NCBI GenBank assembly: GCA_976226885.1
Contig: OZ320315.1
Coordinates: 46,066,001 to 46,130,000 of the forward strand
DNA length: 64,000 nt
Direction: 5' to 3'
DNA from: Iphione sp. A-MEVVRFRX5
Lineage: Eukaryota
Below the pieces are notes generated by a model, which saw only the letters and a list, made by a program, of their open reading frames with translations, did not search any database and had not been told where the DNA came from. Shown piece after piece: positions 1 to 12,000 of this stretch (the stretch's first letter is position 1; each line of letters begins with the position of its first letter). The position numbers and the translations under genes are program-made.

Positions 1-3000
1 TGGATGTCTTCAGGAGTCAGGTCAGATAATAGGTGTCTGACGAAGCTAGCATTATTTGGTGCCGAAGGTGAGGCCAACTGTCGATCGTGCTGGCCTATTT
101 ACGTTCACCAGCTCAATCAGGTCGACACATGACGCCGCTGACGGTGCTGACCTTACCAATTCCATCAGGCCCTGGTCGTTTTCATCAAGCGACAACCCTC
201 ACTTCCCAACTCTGATATGTGATGTCTTATTCAAGATGGCATCCTAACGCGGGTTACGCACGTGCCGCCTGTCCCCCTTACCCCGCCACCCAACAACCTC
301 CCCCTCCCCTTTCCGCCAACGCTGAGGCCAGTTTGCCACCTAAAGCTCTTCCATCGAAGTAGCTTTATCTTTTTAATGTATACATATGTACACACATGTA
401 TACATGTATATTTATAAGGTAAAACATGCCTACCTCCGTATGGACGTATAAACATTAAAGTACATGTTTACCTTGTGGTCACTTTGTCAGTCAAGGTTAA
501 TCCAGTGAGCTGAGAGATTGATTGCTGATCCCCTGACGTACAATCTTATATGTCAGTGGTCTCAGACCATGGACATGTAATATTCAAGGCATTAAGAAAC
601 AATTTTTGTATATGTACTTGTCATTTGATTATTCCCAAATGTGAGCCTAACTCGCACGCTAAGCTTATTCACGTGTATTATGTGTAACTGTACATTGTAT
701 ATACCATGTCCTTTATTATGGCAAGCTTGCACACAAGACGTGCCTAACACAGAGCCTGTCAGACTGTTCTCCAAAAAGATTACATGGGTAGATAAAGAAT
801 TCACCCCACCCCCACCCCCCCAAAAAACAAAAAAAAACACGCTCTGTCTCTAGTGAATATAGGTTTCGTGTGAATCGAGCCCATTCACTCTACAGTGCAC
901 GATGAATTTTCAAATTGCGACGTACAAGTAACTCGCAGCATTTGTATACATGTGTGTGTGGCTTCTAATTGTACAGAATGGCAGATTGTAGGTGTCTAAG
1001 GTAACACACATAATTGGGGAGTTTTTACTGCTAGGCTGCGTTTGTACATATGAGGTACTACAGCACGTGAAGGTCCTGATCTACCTGTACCTAGAATAAT
1101 CGTTTTTATGTTAATTAAATGTTGGCGGTCTGTTTTGCCAAGCTTTATTTTGTTCAGTACTGTCATGAACTGGGTCAACCACCTCCATTCATTCCTCAGC
1201 AAGACCTGTAGCCCAACAGCTGTTGCGGAGAATGTTTATTTAGCGGCCTGTCAAAAATTGAGATGATACGCTGGTTGTTTTAATTGGCAAATAATAAGTT
1301 ATATCACAGAGCAAAAAACCTCGTGATTGTATTGAGCTGAGCATAAGGATAAATGAGTGGTTCCAGCTTTGAATTGAAGAGGAACACGTGTATAGTCGTT
1401 CATGTGTTGCATATGTTGTAACATAACAGGGTCTACCCTAAGCCATGGTTAGATCATGTACATGTACACACCTCTTTGGACCATTAAGGTGTACGATGTT
1501 GGAGATTACTGTGATGCCCTCGGTAAGAGTACGCGGTAGCCTTTAGAGCAGTGTCTAAATGTGTGAGTGCATTTGAACCATCCGGCCTTTAAGAAGGGGT
1601 GAATGTCACCAACGTTCCGGTGTACAAAAGACGTATTTTATTGTTACATATAGATGAGTTATCTTGCCCGATCGTAGGGATATGAGCAGACAGCCTGGGT
1701 TTGGAAAGCCTATGTCTGACTTTAGAATCAACTCAGTCTGGTTACAAGGTCTTCGTATACTTGTACATGTACATGTACGGTGTAATGGGTTGACCATATC
1801 TTGTTAGATGTTGATTTACTTATCCCATGGTTATATTTTATATCCATATTGATATTGAAATACCAACAACCAAAAAATAACTCAGAACTATCTACATAGT
1901 GTGAAGAGGATTTCGGCCCAAGCCCTTTTTCTCTCCAGGGTAGAGTGAGGTAAGCCTATTCCAGCCGTCGATGTACCTCCTCGTTAGTCCATGCATAGTT
2001 GAGCTCTAGTACTCTGCCCTGTAGAAGGCTGTGTGAGTATATGCTGTGGCAGCCAAGAACTAATCTGTAACTTGGCGTTAATCTTGAGCGAAAGAAGACG
2101 TTAAAGTGAGGTCAGGACCTGCCGGGGCCCGGCCAGCTGGGCCCCCCATCATCAGGCTAGTTAGTTCTGCAGAGAATGGCTGATGGCGCCAGGGCCAGCC
2201 AGAGGTTACTGCCTTTCCCAGGGCAGTTGGCGGATATTGGGGCGGGAAAAGACGGCCGTGGGGGCCGGCGTTGGTCGGGATAAAAAGGGCCATCGATCTC
2301 AGTCAAGAAGCACACACATGGGCGGCGGCACCAGGATGGCTAGGGCATGATAGGGTTGGAAATCGGAGCAGCCAGTTGTCCGAGCGGGGGCTGGGTGGGT
2401 GGTTGGGGGTGGGAGTGGGGGAGCTGGGCATCCGCCAGCTGGGGCGGGGGTTATCCACCCCAACAGGAACCACTTGATATATCTTGGATCGGGGCCCGTC
2501 GACACGGGTGGGAATGCATCCTATCACCCCCGCTCCACCCCACCCAACCCCAATCCACTTCATTCCACCACACCACACCACACCAGCCCACTCCCTGTCA
2601 CTCCGTATTATTGTGGGTGTTTGGTGGTTTAAGGGGGGGGGGGGGGGGTCAGCTTCCGAAACGAAGACAGCGACAGGCCGTCGGCATCGATTAGACGGAC
2701 GGACAGCGAATTAGATGGTAGAAGAAAGACCCGGGCAGGAGGGACTAGCAATTGACTAATGGCGGAGCGGACGAGGTTGCGCACATTGGAATGCTGTGCT
2801 AAAAGAAGTCAACCTGCTCTGGACGCCGAGTAATCACGTTGTCTGTCCACGGAATATGTGTTGGTCTCTGACCGATGGGCCTCCCCTACTATTGCATACA
2901 TGTACATACATGTTGCGAGAGATTTATTCACCAACCGTTCACTAGACAGCCAGTCAAATCCCGCTATACGCTTACGCCAGAACTACTGTTAAAAAAACAC

Positions 3001-6000
3001 AGTTCCGGTGGAATTTCAAAAGAACATAGCATTTTCTCTTCGTTTTTATAGTGATTTTGTCCAGGAAATGTCACTACACTGGGGACATCTTGCCCCCTAC
3101 TGAGAAACCAAATGTATGTTTCCCCGAATTCGAAATCCGCCACATCACATCTGCTTGTACACACGTACCGACCTGGCACATGCGGACAACGGAACATGCT
3201 AAGTTTATACATTGTACATAGAGAGATCAATTTATTTTGTATTTTTATGGTGGCCTGTTGGGGCTCCTGCGGAGGTTGGGGAAGGGAGGGGGTGTGGGGA
3301 GGTGGCGCTTATGCGAATAGCGCTGTCAATATAAAGTGCAGAGTATATTCAAGGTGGCAAGTGATGTCCAAATCTCTGGTCAGAGACCTATGACGACCGG
3401 TTGTTGAAAAAACAGAGAATGATTATTTAGGCGGGTCCCAACTGTGTGTACTTGCTCATGTATGCTGGAGCAGCATGCATGTTATAACTGTGCTGGTATT
3501 GCTGAGTGGAGGCGCCGCGGACAGACTAGCAAAGAGGGCAGTGGCAGATTTAGAGAGATTTCCACTCAGAAATAGTTCAACTAGTAAAATATCCTGTAAC
3601 ATGGACAGTTGTGATAAGAACCAAGAGTGCCCACATTTGAGGAGTACATTAGGCGTTTTCAATGCTTTGTAATCCTCTTGGAATCATTTACCTAGTTTAG
3701 GGCGATAAATGCATCAATTGAGTGCTGGGAAACACATTGTGCATTATATATGAATTATATACAGAGTAATCGATTTGAATGTCTCTGTAATAAGAAAGCG
3801 CTGAGCAACGAGTCCCTCGGTTAAAGATCAGAATAGATGTCAGTCATCACTTGGAGGCAGCGGGAAATTGCTTGGTAGGCGTTCTTTCTTGTCCTTTAAC
3901 TCGATCGGTAGTGAGTGTTCCATGGTAGACATTGGTGCCTCACTAGCTTCGCGTGTGGTGTAGCACGTGCTGAATCATCGGCCATGTAGAAGAGAGGCAG
4001 TGTGCATGTTGGCCTGCACCACAGAGAGCCGGCGGTGCTTATCTAAACAGGGCTCCACCCTCCCCTCATCGCCCGCCCCCACCCCCGGCGGTCCTGATAT
4101 ATAAGCCAATAGATCAATATTGAAGCTTCAATCTGCATAGCTGACAGGTGTGGCCAACTGTTTGACGGCTGTGGGCCACGTTAGTGGGCTGGCAGCGGTG
4201 TGTACGTTTATCCTGACGGCGGTGCTTGTTCGTCAGGTTGGGTGCCAACCATACGACCTCACAGCAGGTACAATAAGTCCACCAACACCTGAGAGAGCTT
4301 CTGGTGCTAAAATGTAAGCAGTCATGATCTGGGAATGGCCATCGCCTTAGGGCAAGATTCCATATAACCCATAAATACCACACAACAGTGTAAATAAGTA
4401 GTGAAAAACACACGAAAGGGCAAGTAACTCATGAAAAATACGCCCACATCCCTCTAAATAACTCTTGAAAAACCACACAACAGAAGAAATAACTCATGAA
4501 ATGTGCGGATATCTGTGCAAATTTATGATATACACACAGACACAAACACACAGAACCACACACACGAGGTAAACCGCTTCCATCATATCCTTGGGTTGTG
4601 TATGCGTTTGAATGAAATTTTTTAGCAGTGCCCATTTTCAAGCAACAAACATATTAACACAACGCAGGCTGTAGGAACCACTCTGTTGGTTAGCACGTGT
4701 TGGTGGGGAAAAAACGCAACACCAATGCAACATAGATGCACTGCGCACATTAATGCAAGTATGGAAACCAGCGCTGAACCTCTGGAACCTCCCCCCCCTC
4801 CCAACAGACCCACCCAACTCACCACCCACCTAGCAAACCACCCTCAGCCGCTTCTGGACGTCAGCTTGCCTCGACCTTGCATATGCAGCAGTATGATCAA
4901 GAAATATTTTCAGTGGTCGTCCGTCTCGATGCATTGAAAATAGTCCAAGGTTATACATTTACGGCCGTGACCAAAGGTCAGGGTCCTTTCAGTCCCAACA
5001 TATAAATGTCCGTCCCATGTCCCAGTCAAATCAATGTTATGATAAATTTCCTGTTTTACTGATTGCCGTTTACATGACCTGCTACATGTATATCTCGGCT
5101 AACCGGTGTAAACGCGGCTACATCAACACTAATGATATACATTACCGTGGTAATGGACCGACTAAACATCGGTTTCGGTAAATTGTGACCGTTTCATGGA
5201 ATTGGAATTTAAGTGAGTTATTAAATGAGAACAGTAAATCATCACGGCAGCTTCGAAAGCCAGCGCGTGACGCAGCGGTCTGATAAAATAGGCACTGCGT
5301 TCCTAAAATAAAGTACAATGGTATATTTAGTCGTTTTTTCCCCCACAAAAGTATATACGATTCTTACCCTGGCGTTATCTCTTTCAGGAAACAGAATTAT
5401 ACTTGCGGTAACTTTACTTTACCCTTGAGCTGATAAATTATAATTGTTCCTTTTATCGCCATATTATCGAATAATGGTACAAAATGTTGTGGACGTATTG
5501 CCGTGAACCAATATAAATGATACAGTGTTTAGTTAGCTTAAAGATGCATGCAATGTTCCTAGCCTCTCACGGCTCCGTGCACATGATGCGGTGTATGTAG
5601 TATGTGCGGTTGGTTATGCTGCCACAACCGTTTACCACGAAGTCAACAAGAATGCAACAGGGTTTGTTTTTTTTTTTTTTTTGTAAATTTCTCTTTGTTA
5701 CCTGAAAAAATTACATTCAGGATGTAACAAAGTCTAAATATCCTAGTGAATGTGAACTAATGTAACGAGATGATCAGTGATTGTAGAGCATAAGTATATG
5801 AATTTTGCACATTAAGATACCATTCCATAATCTCCATCAGTCTACCTAATTACAGTCCTTGTCTCAGGATGTCAACAACACAACTATATAAATGCCGAAC
5901 AGTGGCAATAGCACTGCTGGTGTAGCCAGGTTGACGAAGCCTCCTTGGGTTGTTTCGTATTCATCGATTGTCAGTATCCGGTTGACGAAGCCTCCCTGAA

Positions 6001-6695
6001 AGATCACAAAGTATCCAACAGTCGTGCTGCCACGGCTGACCCCATCCTCCGCTCGAATAATATACAGCGTCATCGTACTTTTCATAGCCGCCGACTCCAT
6101 CATTAATTAGTGGAAAATGAGACTTCTCAGCCGATAGGATAAAAGGATTGACCGATCCTTGACTGATGTTTGTATATCGATTGAAAAAAAAATCGGACAA
6201 ACAAACGGAGTCCGAACACGCGCGCGTGCCTTCTTCGGTAATCGTCTCTGGTCTGGGGGTGAGGTCAGAGGCTGCCAGCCGCTCCGTGTCATAACCCAGT
6301 CAGCGGGTTATTGATGGGCGATGCCCCTCATGACACGGACTTACGTCTCTCGCTTGTTAAAGGCAGCTACCGAGAGAAGTTGATTTGTGTACTGTTCCGA
6401 CACCAGGCAGTAGCACTCAGCGTTCGTCAACTTGTCAAATAAACGGGTATTCCGACTGATCACGTCTAGGGGGATGGGAGTTTGGAGGGGGGGGTATTTT
6501 TAAGTCTTTGCCATAGATTCAGTGAAAGACAACGAACTGTGATTAGGCCATTCGTCTAAACCGCATTAATGTTTTCTAGAAAGGTCATTTACTCTGAGAG
6601 ACGTGTATTTTCAATCAGTCACTAAAATACAAACTCATTCGCTCGGCTTCACTTGGCCCATACTTGAGAGGGGAACTCGTATCCATGTAATACCA

Positions 6696-6709
6696 TCGCC
6701 CCCTGTTGG
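6696..6709 (-). promoter_or_regulatory. CTCF-like motif (CCAACAGGGGGCGA) abutting an RFX/X-box-like motif (GTTACCATGGATAT, 6709-6722)
   Basis: Motif match by eye to the CTCF consensus CCASYAGRKGGCR and the X-box GTTRCCATGGYAAC. No functional evidence. Confidence 0.3.
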
Positions 6710-6959
6710 TTACCATGGATATTGGGACACCTGGCGGCAGTCAAGATAATTGGGAGTCGAATACAGTGCTACCTTACAGTACTGAGGAAGTGAGTTGGGA
6801 ATTCTGGCGGATGCGTTGGATCGTGTTTTGATCATTTACGCCGTGCCTTGGGGTAGAGTTTGATGGCGGAGGTGTAGCAGCATGAGCTATTGCCAGGTGA
6901 GACGCTAACGGTTCGTTCATTAACGTCCTGTTTTTTTCTCTCTCTTTCCCTCTCGCCAG

Positions 6960-7147
6960 ATTGGACTACTGCGGTATAGCGCTGCTGACGATGGGATCGT
7001 TCGTACCATGGCTCTACTACAGCTTCTACTGCCGGCTAGAGCCCAAGGTCACCTACCTGGTGCTCATCTTCGTGCTCGGCACGGCCTGCATCATAGTCTC
7101 CATGTGGGACAAGTTCGCCGAGCCCAAGTTCCGGCCTGTCAGAGCAG
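6960..7147 (+). CDS. ADIPOR: Adiponectin receptor (PAQR family) internal coding exon, third from last
   Basis: Polypyrimidine tract plus AG at 6958-6959 and donor G|GTGAGG at 7148. Translation LDYCGIALLTMGSFVPWLYYSFYCRLEPKVTYLVLIFVLGTACIIVSMWDKFAEPKFRPVRA matches the ADIPOR1/2 LDYSGIALLIMGSFVPWLYYSFYC...WDRFATP motif. Earlier exons were not found, so they presumably lie upstream of the window. Confidence 0.93.
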
Positions 7148-7798
7148 GTGAGGCGCTCAGAGCAGCTCTGGCAACCCCTACACGGCCGGGTGTGGCCAGC
7201 TCGAAGTTCTCCCCACTGCGACATCCATCGATTAGCAGTGCAATGATTGTTCTTGTCATTGTAAATGTGTTAAAGTTATACGAATCACACAAAGAGGTTA
7301 TGTTACTTTGAAATATACGCGGTTTAATCGCAAGCCTTTATTGACGTGACAGATCTCGGTAATATGGTTTCTTAGCAAATACTCGAGGCGTTGCTGTTAT
7401 CTTTTAAAAAAAATGCATAACCTAATCATTTATTTCCATTTGGTATCAACACGAATCATTTTATTTAGAATACTGCGCGGGCCTTCCCAGTCAAGTATGT
7501 TGTAATAAAAGAAGCGTAATATTTGGAAAGTGATTTGATATCCAAGAAACTGCATGTACATGTAAAAGAAAGATCTTCAGCCGACAGTAAGCTTACTCCC
7601 CCCCCCCCCGCACCTGTTATCGCCGTGACTGGCAGCAGTTACCTCCACTTTCGTGCAAATCCTGAATTCTACTTGATACCGTGTGAATCTGACGCTCCTC
7701 ACCTGTCCCCAGGTGTGACCTGATAAACGTTCTCTCACCCGAACTGACTGACTGTCTCTCTCTCTCTCTCTCCCACTGTGACCTTTCGTGACCTCCAG

Positions 7799-7992
7799 CT
7801 GTCTTCATCGCGCTGGGCCTGAGCGGTGTGATCCCGGCCATGCACTACATGATCACGGACGGTGTCAGTGAGCCGGCCAACGTGGCGGCGCTCGGCTGGC
7901 TCGTCCTCATGGCCGTGCTCTATATCTCGGGCGCCATCATCTACGCCGTCCGCATCCCAGAACGCATCTGGCCTGGCAAGTTTGACATTTGG
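7799..7992 (+). CDS. ADIPOR: Adiponectin receptor penultimate coding exon
   Basis: Acceptor ctccag| (AG 7797-7798), phase 1 consistent with the previous exon (G|CT = Ala). Encodes AVFIALGLSGVIPAMHYMITDG...LGWLVLMAVLYISGAIIYAVRIPERIWPGKFDIW. Donor TGG|GTAAGC at 7993. Confidence 0.93.
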
Positions 7993-8908
7993 GTAAGCCT
8001 GCCTTGCCCTGCCTGTAAAATATCGACACTAAATATTCCACGTGTCCGATTTTATATATAATGTACGGTTTCTGTGCCTGAGAGAGTTATTTTTTTACGC
8101 TCATGGATGCGGTTATTCCATGTACATGTACATGTACATTTGCATTTTCTCTCCTCCTCATGTGCAGCTGTTTGTGGAATGTTGAAATTGAAGCATCTCT
8201 GTTGAAATCATGCATTTTTCCCCTGGAAATTGACGAGATTTAAGGAAATCTGTTGAAATTATGCAGTTTTCATGCAAATGACACGCAGATTAACTTGATT
8301 TTATATATCTTATCACATCTATTCTTGAAGAGTCCTGTGCATTCCTATATCTCAAACACTGCTTTCCTATGCTACTGGCGTATCCGGGTCCATGTCTACA
8401 GAAAAATTTACAGACAATGTTTGTTGCCGGAGTCCAACACCGGAATAGGTCTAGTTGTTTATCATATCATAATACCGTCATTTCCCATACAAAAATATCC
8501 AAATACGTTGTACGAAATCAGATATATAGAATATGGTGCTTGCTGCTGTCTTGAAAGTGATTACCCGTAAAGTAGCAACTCATCTTGTGGGCAGTGCAAC
8601 TAGAGGGGCAACTCGGAATAATGTTTGGCTGGGCCCGTTTGCATATTTTACATAAAGTCCTGAACTCAGGTATCAGGGCAACTTGCAGTTAAGGACAAAA
8701 TTGGCTGGTTTACTCGCTGGAGTTCATTTTGAATTGCTCCTGTATATCAAGCAGTGTGTTTATCCTCTTACCCGTTATTTTAAACAACCAAAACAAATAT
8801 TATGGTTGTTGCTTGAGTGTAAAATATTTTCCTTAGTGGACAAGCATTCCAAGAAGCTGGGAGTAACGCCACCTTTGGTGTTGTTTTTTTTTTTTATTCT
8901 CCTTGCAG

Positions 8909-9043
8909 TTCCAGAGCCATCAGATCTTCCACATGTTCGTGGTGGCCGCTGCCTTCGTGCACTACCACGGCATCTCGGAGATCGCCACCTACCGGCTCAC
9001 CTTTGGCGACTGCATCGACGACGACACCGAGGCCACCTCCTAG
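8909..9043 (+). CDS. ADIPOR: Adiponectin receptor terminal coding exon
   Basis: Acceptor T-tract...ccttgcag| at phase 0. Encodes FQSHQIFHMFVVAAAFVHYHGISEIATYRLTFGDCIDDDTEATS*, including the zinc-binding HQIFH motif of PAQR proteins. TAG at 9041-9043. Confidence 0.93.
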   Translation, partial: FQSHQIFHMFVVAAAFVHYHGISEIATYRLTFGDCIDDDTEATS

Positions 9044-12000
9044 GGGGCGCCACCGACGGGTGGCCGAAGCAGCGGCGGCGGCGACGGCCCGCCGGTCACG
9101 TGATCTGCGTACATTGTGATCCCCACCTGGTAACCGGATGAAGACTCGTGATGTCAACCCTCTCACCAGCACCAGACGGGAGGGCGGGGGCGGAGGGGGA
9201 GGGGGCGTGTGGTTGAAAGTCAGCCGGGTTTATATCTATCGCCCCTCCCCCACATCGGAGGAGACGAAAAAGTGTAACGTTAGCATAGGCCTCAGAAACT
9301 CAGGCTCAACCGCATGTATACTGGGGGCTGGAAAAAAAAGCGTATTTGAAGCTATGTGCTAGGGCCTTGATGTACTAGGCGCTTATTGTTAATTAGGGTT
9401 TGGGGGCCTGACACACCGTACTCAGGTGTTTCCTGTTCGGGGGCTGGGTGTCGTCATGGTATCAGTCTGCTTTTGACATACCGAGGCTCTGTAGATAGGT
9501 ATTAAAATTAACTAATAAGATATTACAACAAAGTCCTTATATATAGGACTTAACCTCCGACTTGGTGTACATGTTGGTCATCGTTAGGAGTAAAAGTGTT
9601 TTTTTTTTATAGTGAACTTAAAATGAAGTGCAGCAAGAAACAGACAAAAATCATTTACTCGGAAGTAGAGATAAAACAGTATATTACCCATATTCAGTAC
9701 TAGGTGTCACTGTAAAGACAAAATCTCACTTGTAATGAAGGCATGCTCAGAACTATTTGTTGAGAACCTAAAGGGAGGTGATAGCACATGATTGTTTTTG
9801 GAATCCAGCTGGCATGGATGATTTTACTTGATAGCTTCTCTACAATAGCTATGGTGTGTGCGTGCCTCGGAATAAGTGCCTCCAACTCCTAATACAAAAC
9901 ACAAAGAAGTCGATATGTTTGAAGTAAATGAGCGCTTGTTGTATGCAAGATAAATACTTTATGAGACAACACCTTACAATAGAGAGGGAGAAAAGAAACG
10001 GGAATGTTAAAAAAAACAAACAAACAAACCCAGCAGATATGATACTTAGTCTATTTACTTCACACTCAGACGAGGACAACACTGAAGCTGGGCTACTGTA
10101 TGGATGCATAGTAGAACCTTCCCCGCACTCTAGGGCGGGTGTCTGACATGCTACATTGGGTCTTTGGTCAGACCAAAATGGGCGATAAAAGGAGCAGCCC
10201 TGTGATCAGCACCTGGAAGTGTGCAGTGAAGGGGCGCAGGTCCACGAGAAGCTGCTTTCCCCCTTTTCTGCCAGACTTGCCCAGGACACTAAAGCATACT
10301 TCTGACATTTGTAGGTCTTACCCTGGGAGAGCTGCAGTTCTTGAGTGGTTGGTATGTCTAACGGCAGGTCTCAGCCTTCCTTGTTGGTATGTGTAATACA
10401 ACAGTGCTTTGAAGTATGCGTGATCAGTGAAATAAGTGATAGACGATATATAGGCCATTTGTTCCGTAGTGTTATTAAAATACCATTACTAGAATGGTTG
10501 CCCAAAATAGGACTGGCCCACAGTGAGTGCATTGGTGTGGATCTGTGTTGATCTGTCGAATTATGTTGGTGAGCCTTAACATATTTATAGACAAATGTTA
10601 ATACTGTGGAGAAGGTGGCAGTGTTCTTAAGTATGAAGCTTATCACAATGTAGATTACAGGGAAATAGGTCTAAATAGGCACCATTAGTGATGTCCTAGA
10701 CTCAAACTTGCTCAAATTATGCTTTCCACCTGCCATATACACACATATTTATTTATAGTCTTGTTATCAAGGTTCGTTAAGAGAACCACCTCTTGGGCCT
10801 ACTCTGGGTAACAAAGCACGTCAGAGCAAACCAGATTTTGATTTGGAGGAGAACCTCTGGTCCCGTATGAAAGCATCGTAGACGTTTTCTTTTTAACGTT
10901 AGGAGGGCTTTGGAGACCGTTAATATCACCAGCGTGAAATGTGTTGTAGGTATAAATGATCTCTGTAGAGAGTGATGAAAGGTATACATGTACATGATAT
11001 CCTTCAGCGAAAGCCAGTGAAGGAAGTAACTAAAGAACAAGAAGGGGTAAGAGAGGGAGGGTGTCATTGTAATTATTTTGGTTTTACTAAGTGCAAATAC
11101 TTAAATAATACAGGCAGTTGTGCAGGTAAGAATTATGAATAAAGGTCCCGCAACTATATAGACTGCACATGTTGCAGCGTGGCTTTTGTGGATCTTGAGG
11201 ACACAAAACTTCTTGCATAGTCAAATGCAATATTGTTATGACCACAGGGAAAGACGAGGAAGATGCCAAGGAAAAATGACTATTAAAAGACAGGACTAAC
11301 GTCCATATGTTGGTTGTTATATTGTTGCTTATTGGTTGATCCTGTCTATACCTCAGTTTGTAAACATAGCCCTGTTTCTGGTAAAACGCGTGGGAAAAAA
11401 TCTCTCGTTCTCTGTGTTGGTAATTTATATACGGGGAGTATGCTCCAAATCCCACACTTGAGTGAAACAATATATTTGTGCGTTAGGTTTCCTTTGCAAG
11501 TATAGAACAGTTCAAAGTTGCCCCAAGCTTCATATTCAAGACAAAGAGTCTTGACTTTTATATCTTTGGTTATGTTTTCTTGCTTTGAACGTTGACTTCG
11601 AAGGTGTATTATTTATTATCGTTCACATTTGAGCAATACTTCCTGTCAACATCTGAGTTGATGGTTCTTCCGAATACAGTGTATCATATAGCTATATATA
11701 TTTGTTGGGGTGTTCTTATTGTACTTCATGACAGTGTACTTGCGTTCGTATATTTCATCTCACCAGATAACCCTCTATTGACGTAAACTCTGCGTTTGAC
11801 AAAATGTGTTTCAGGGTTTAACAAAACTAATGATAACATTAAAAACATATGTTTACTTGGGCAGCAAAACCAGGTATTGGAGATTTTCCCTTCATTATAG
11901 TGTACTCTACTTTGGTCACTTAAAAGCAGTTATCAAGTTAATAGTGTTATCCAAATAAGCGTTCACATCAGATCCACTCCTGACAACATTTGCTCCCGAT

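Noticed and set aside
996-1202. Faint resemblance of FMTVLNKIKLGKTD to a PIF1/Helitron helicase motif
   Set aside because: Single short segment with no other helicase or Rep motifs nearby.
5929-5995. Exact 16-bp direct repeat GGTTGACGAAGCCTCC with a 35-nt spacer (CRISPR-like geometry)
   Set aside because: Only two units, eukaryotic context and no cas genes; best read as a small tandem duplication.
7700-7723. Cryptic acceptor tgtccccAG|GTGTGACCTGA before the true ADIPOR exon
   Set aside because: Gives Gly-Val-Thr-stop; the acceptor at 7798 restores the conserved protein.
8140-8185. Strong acceptor in the last ADIPOR intron giving LFVEC*
   Set aside because: It would delete the zinc-binding HQIFH helix; no evidence of use, and such tracts are common.
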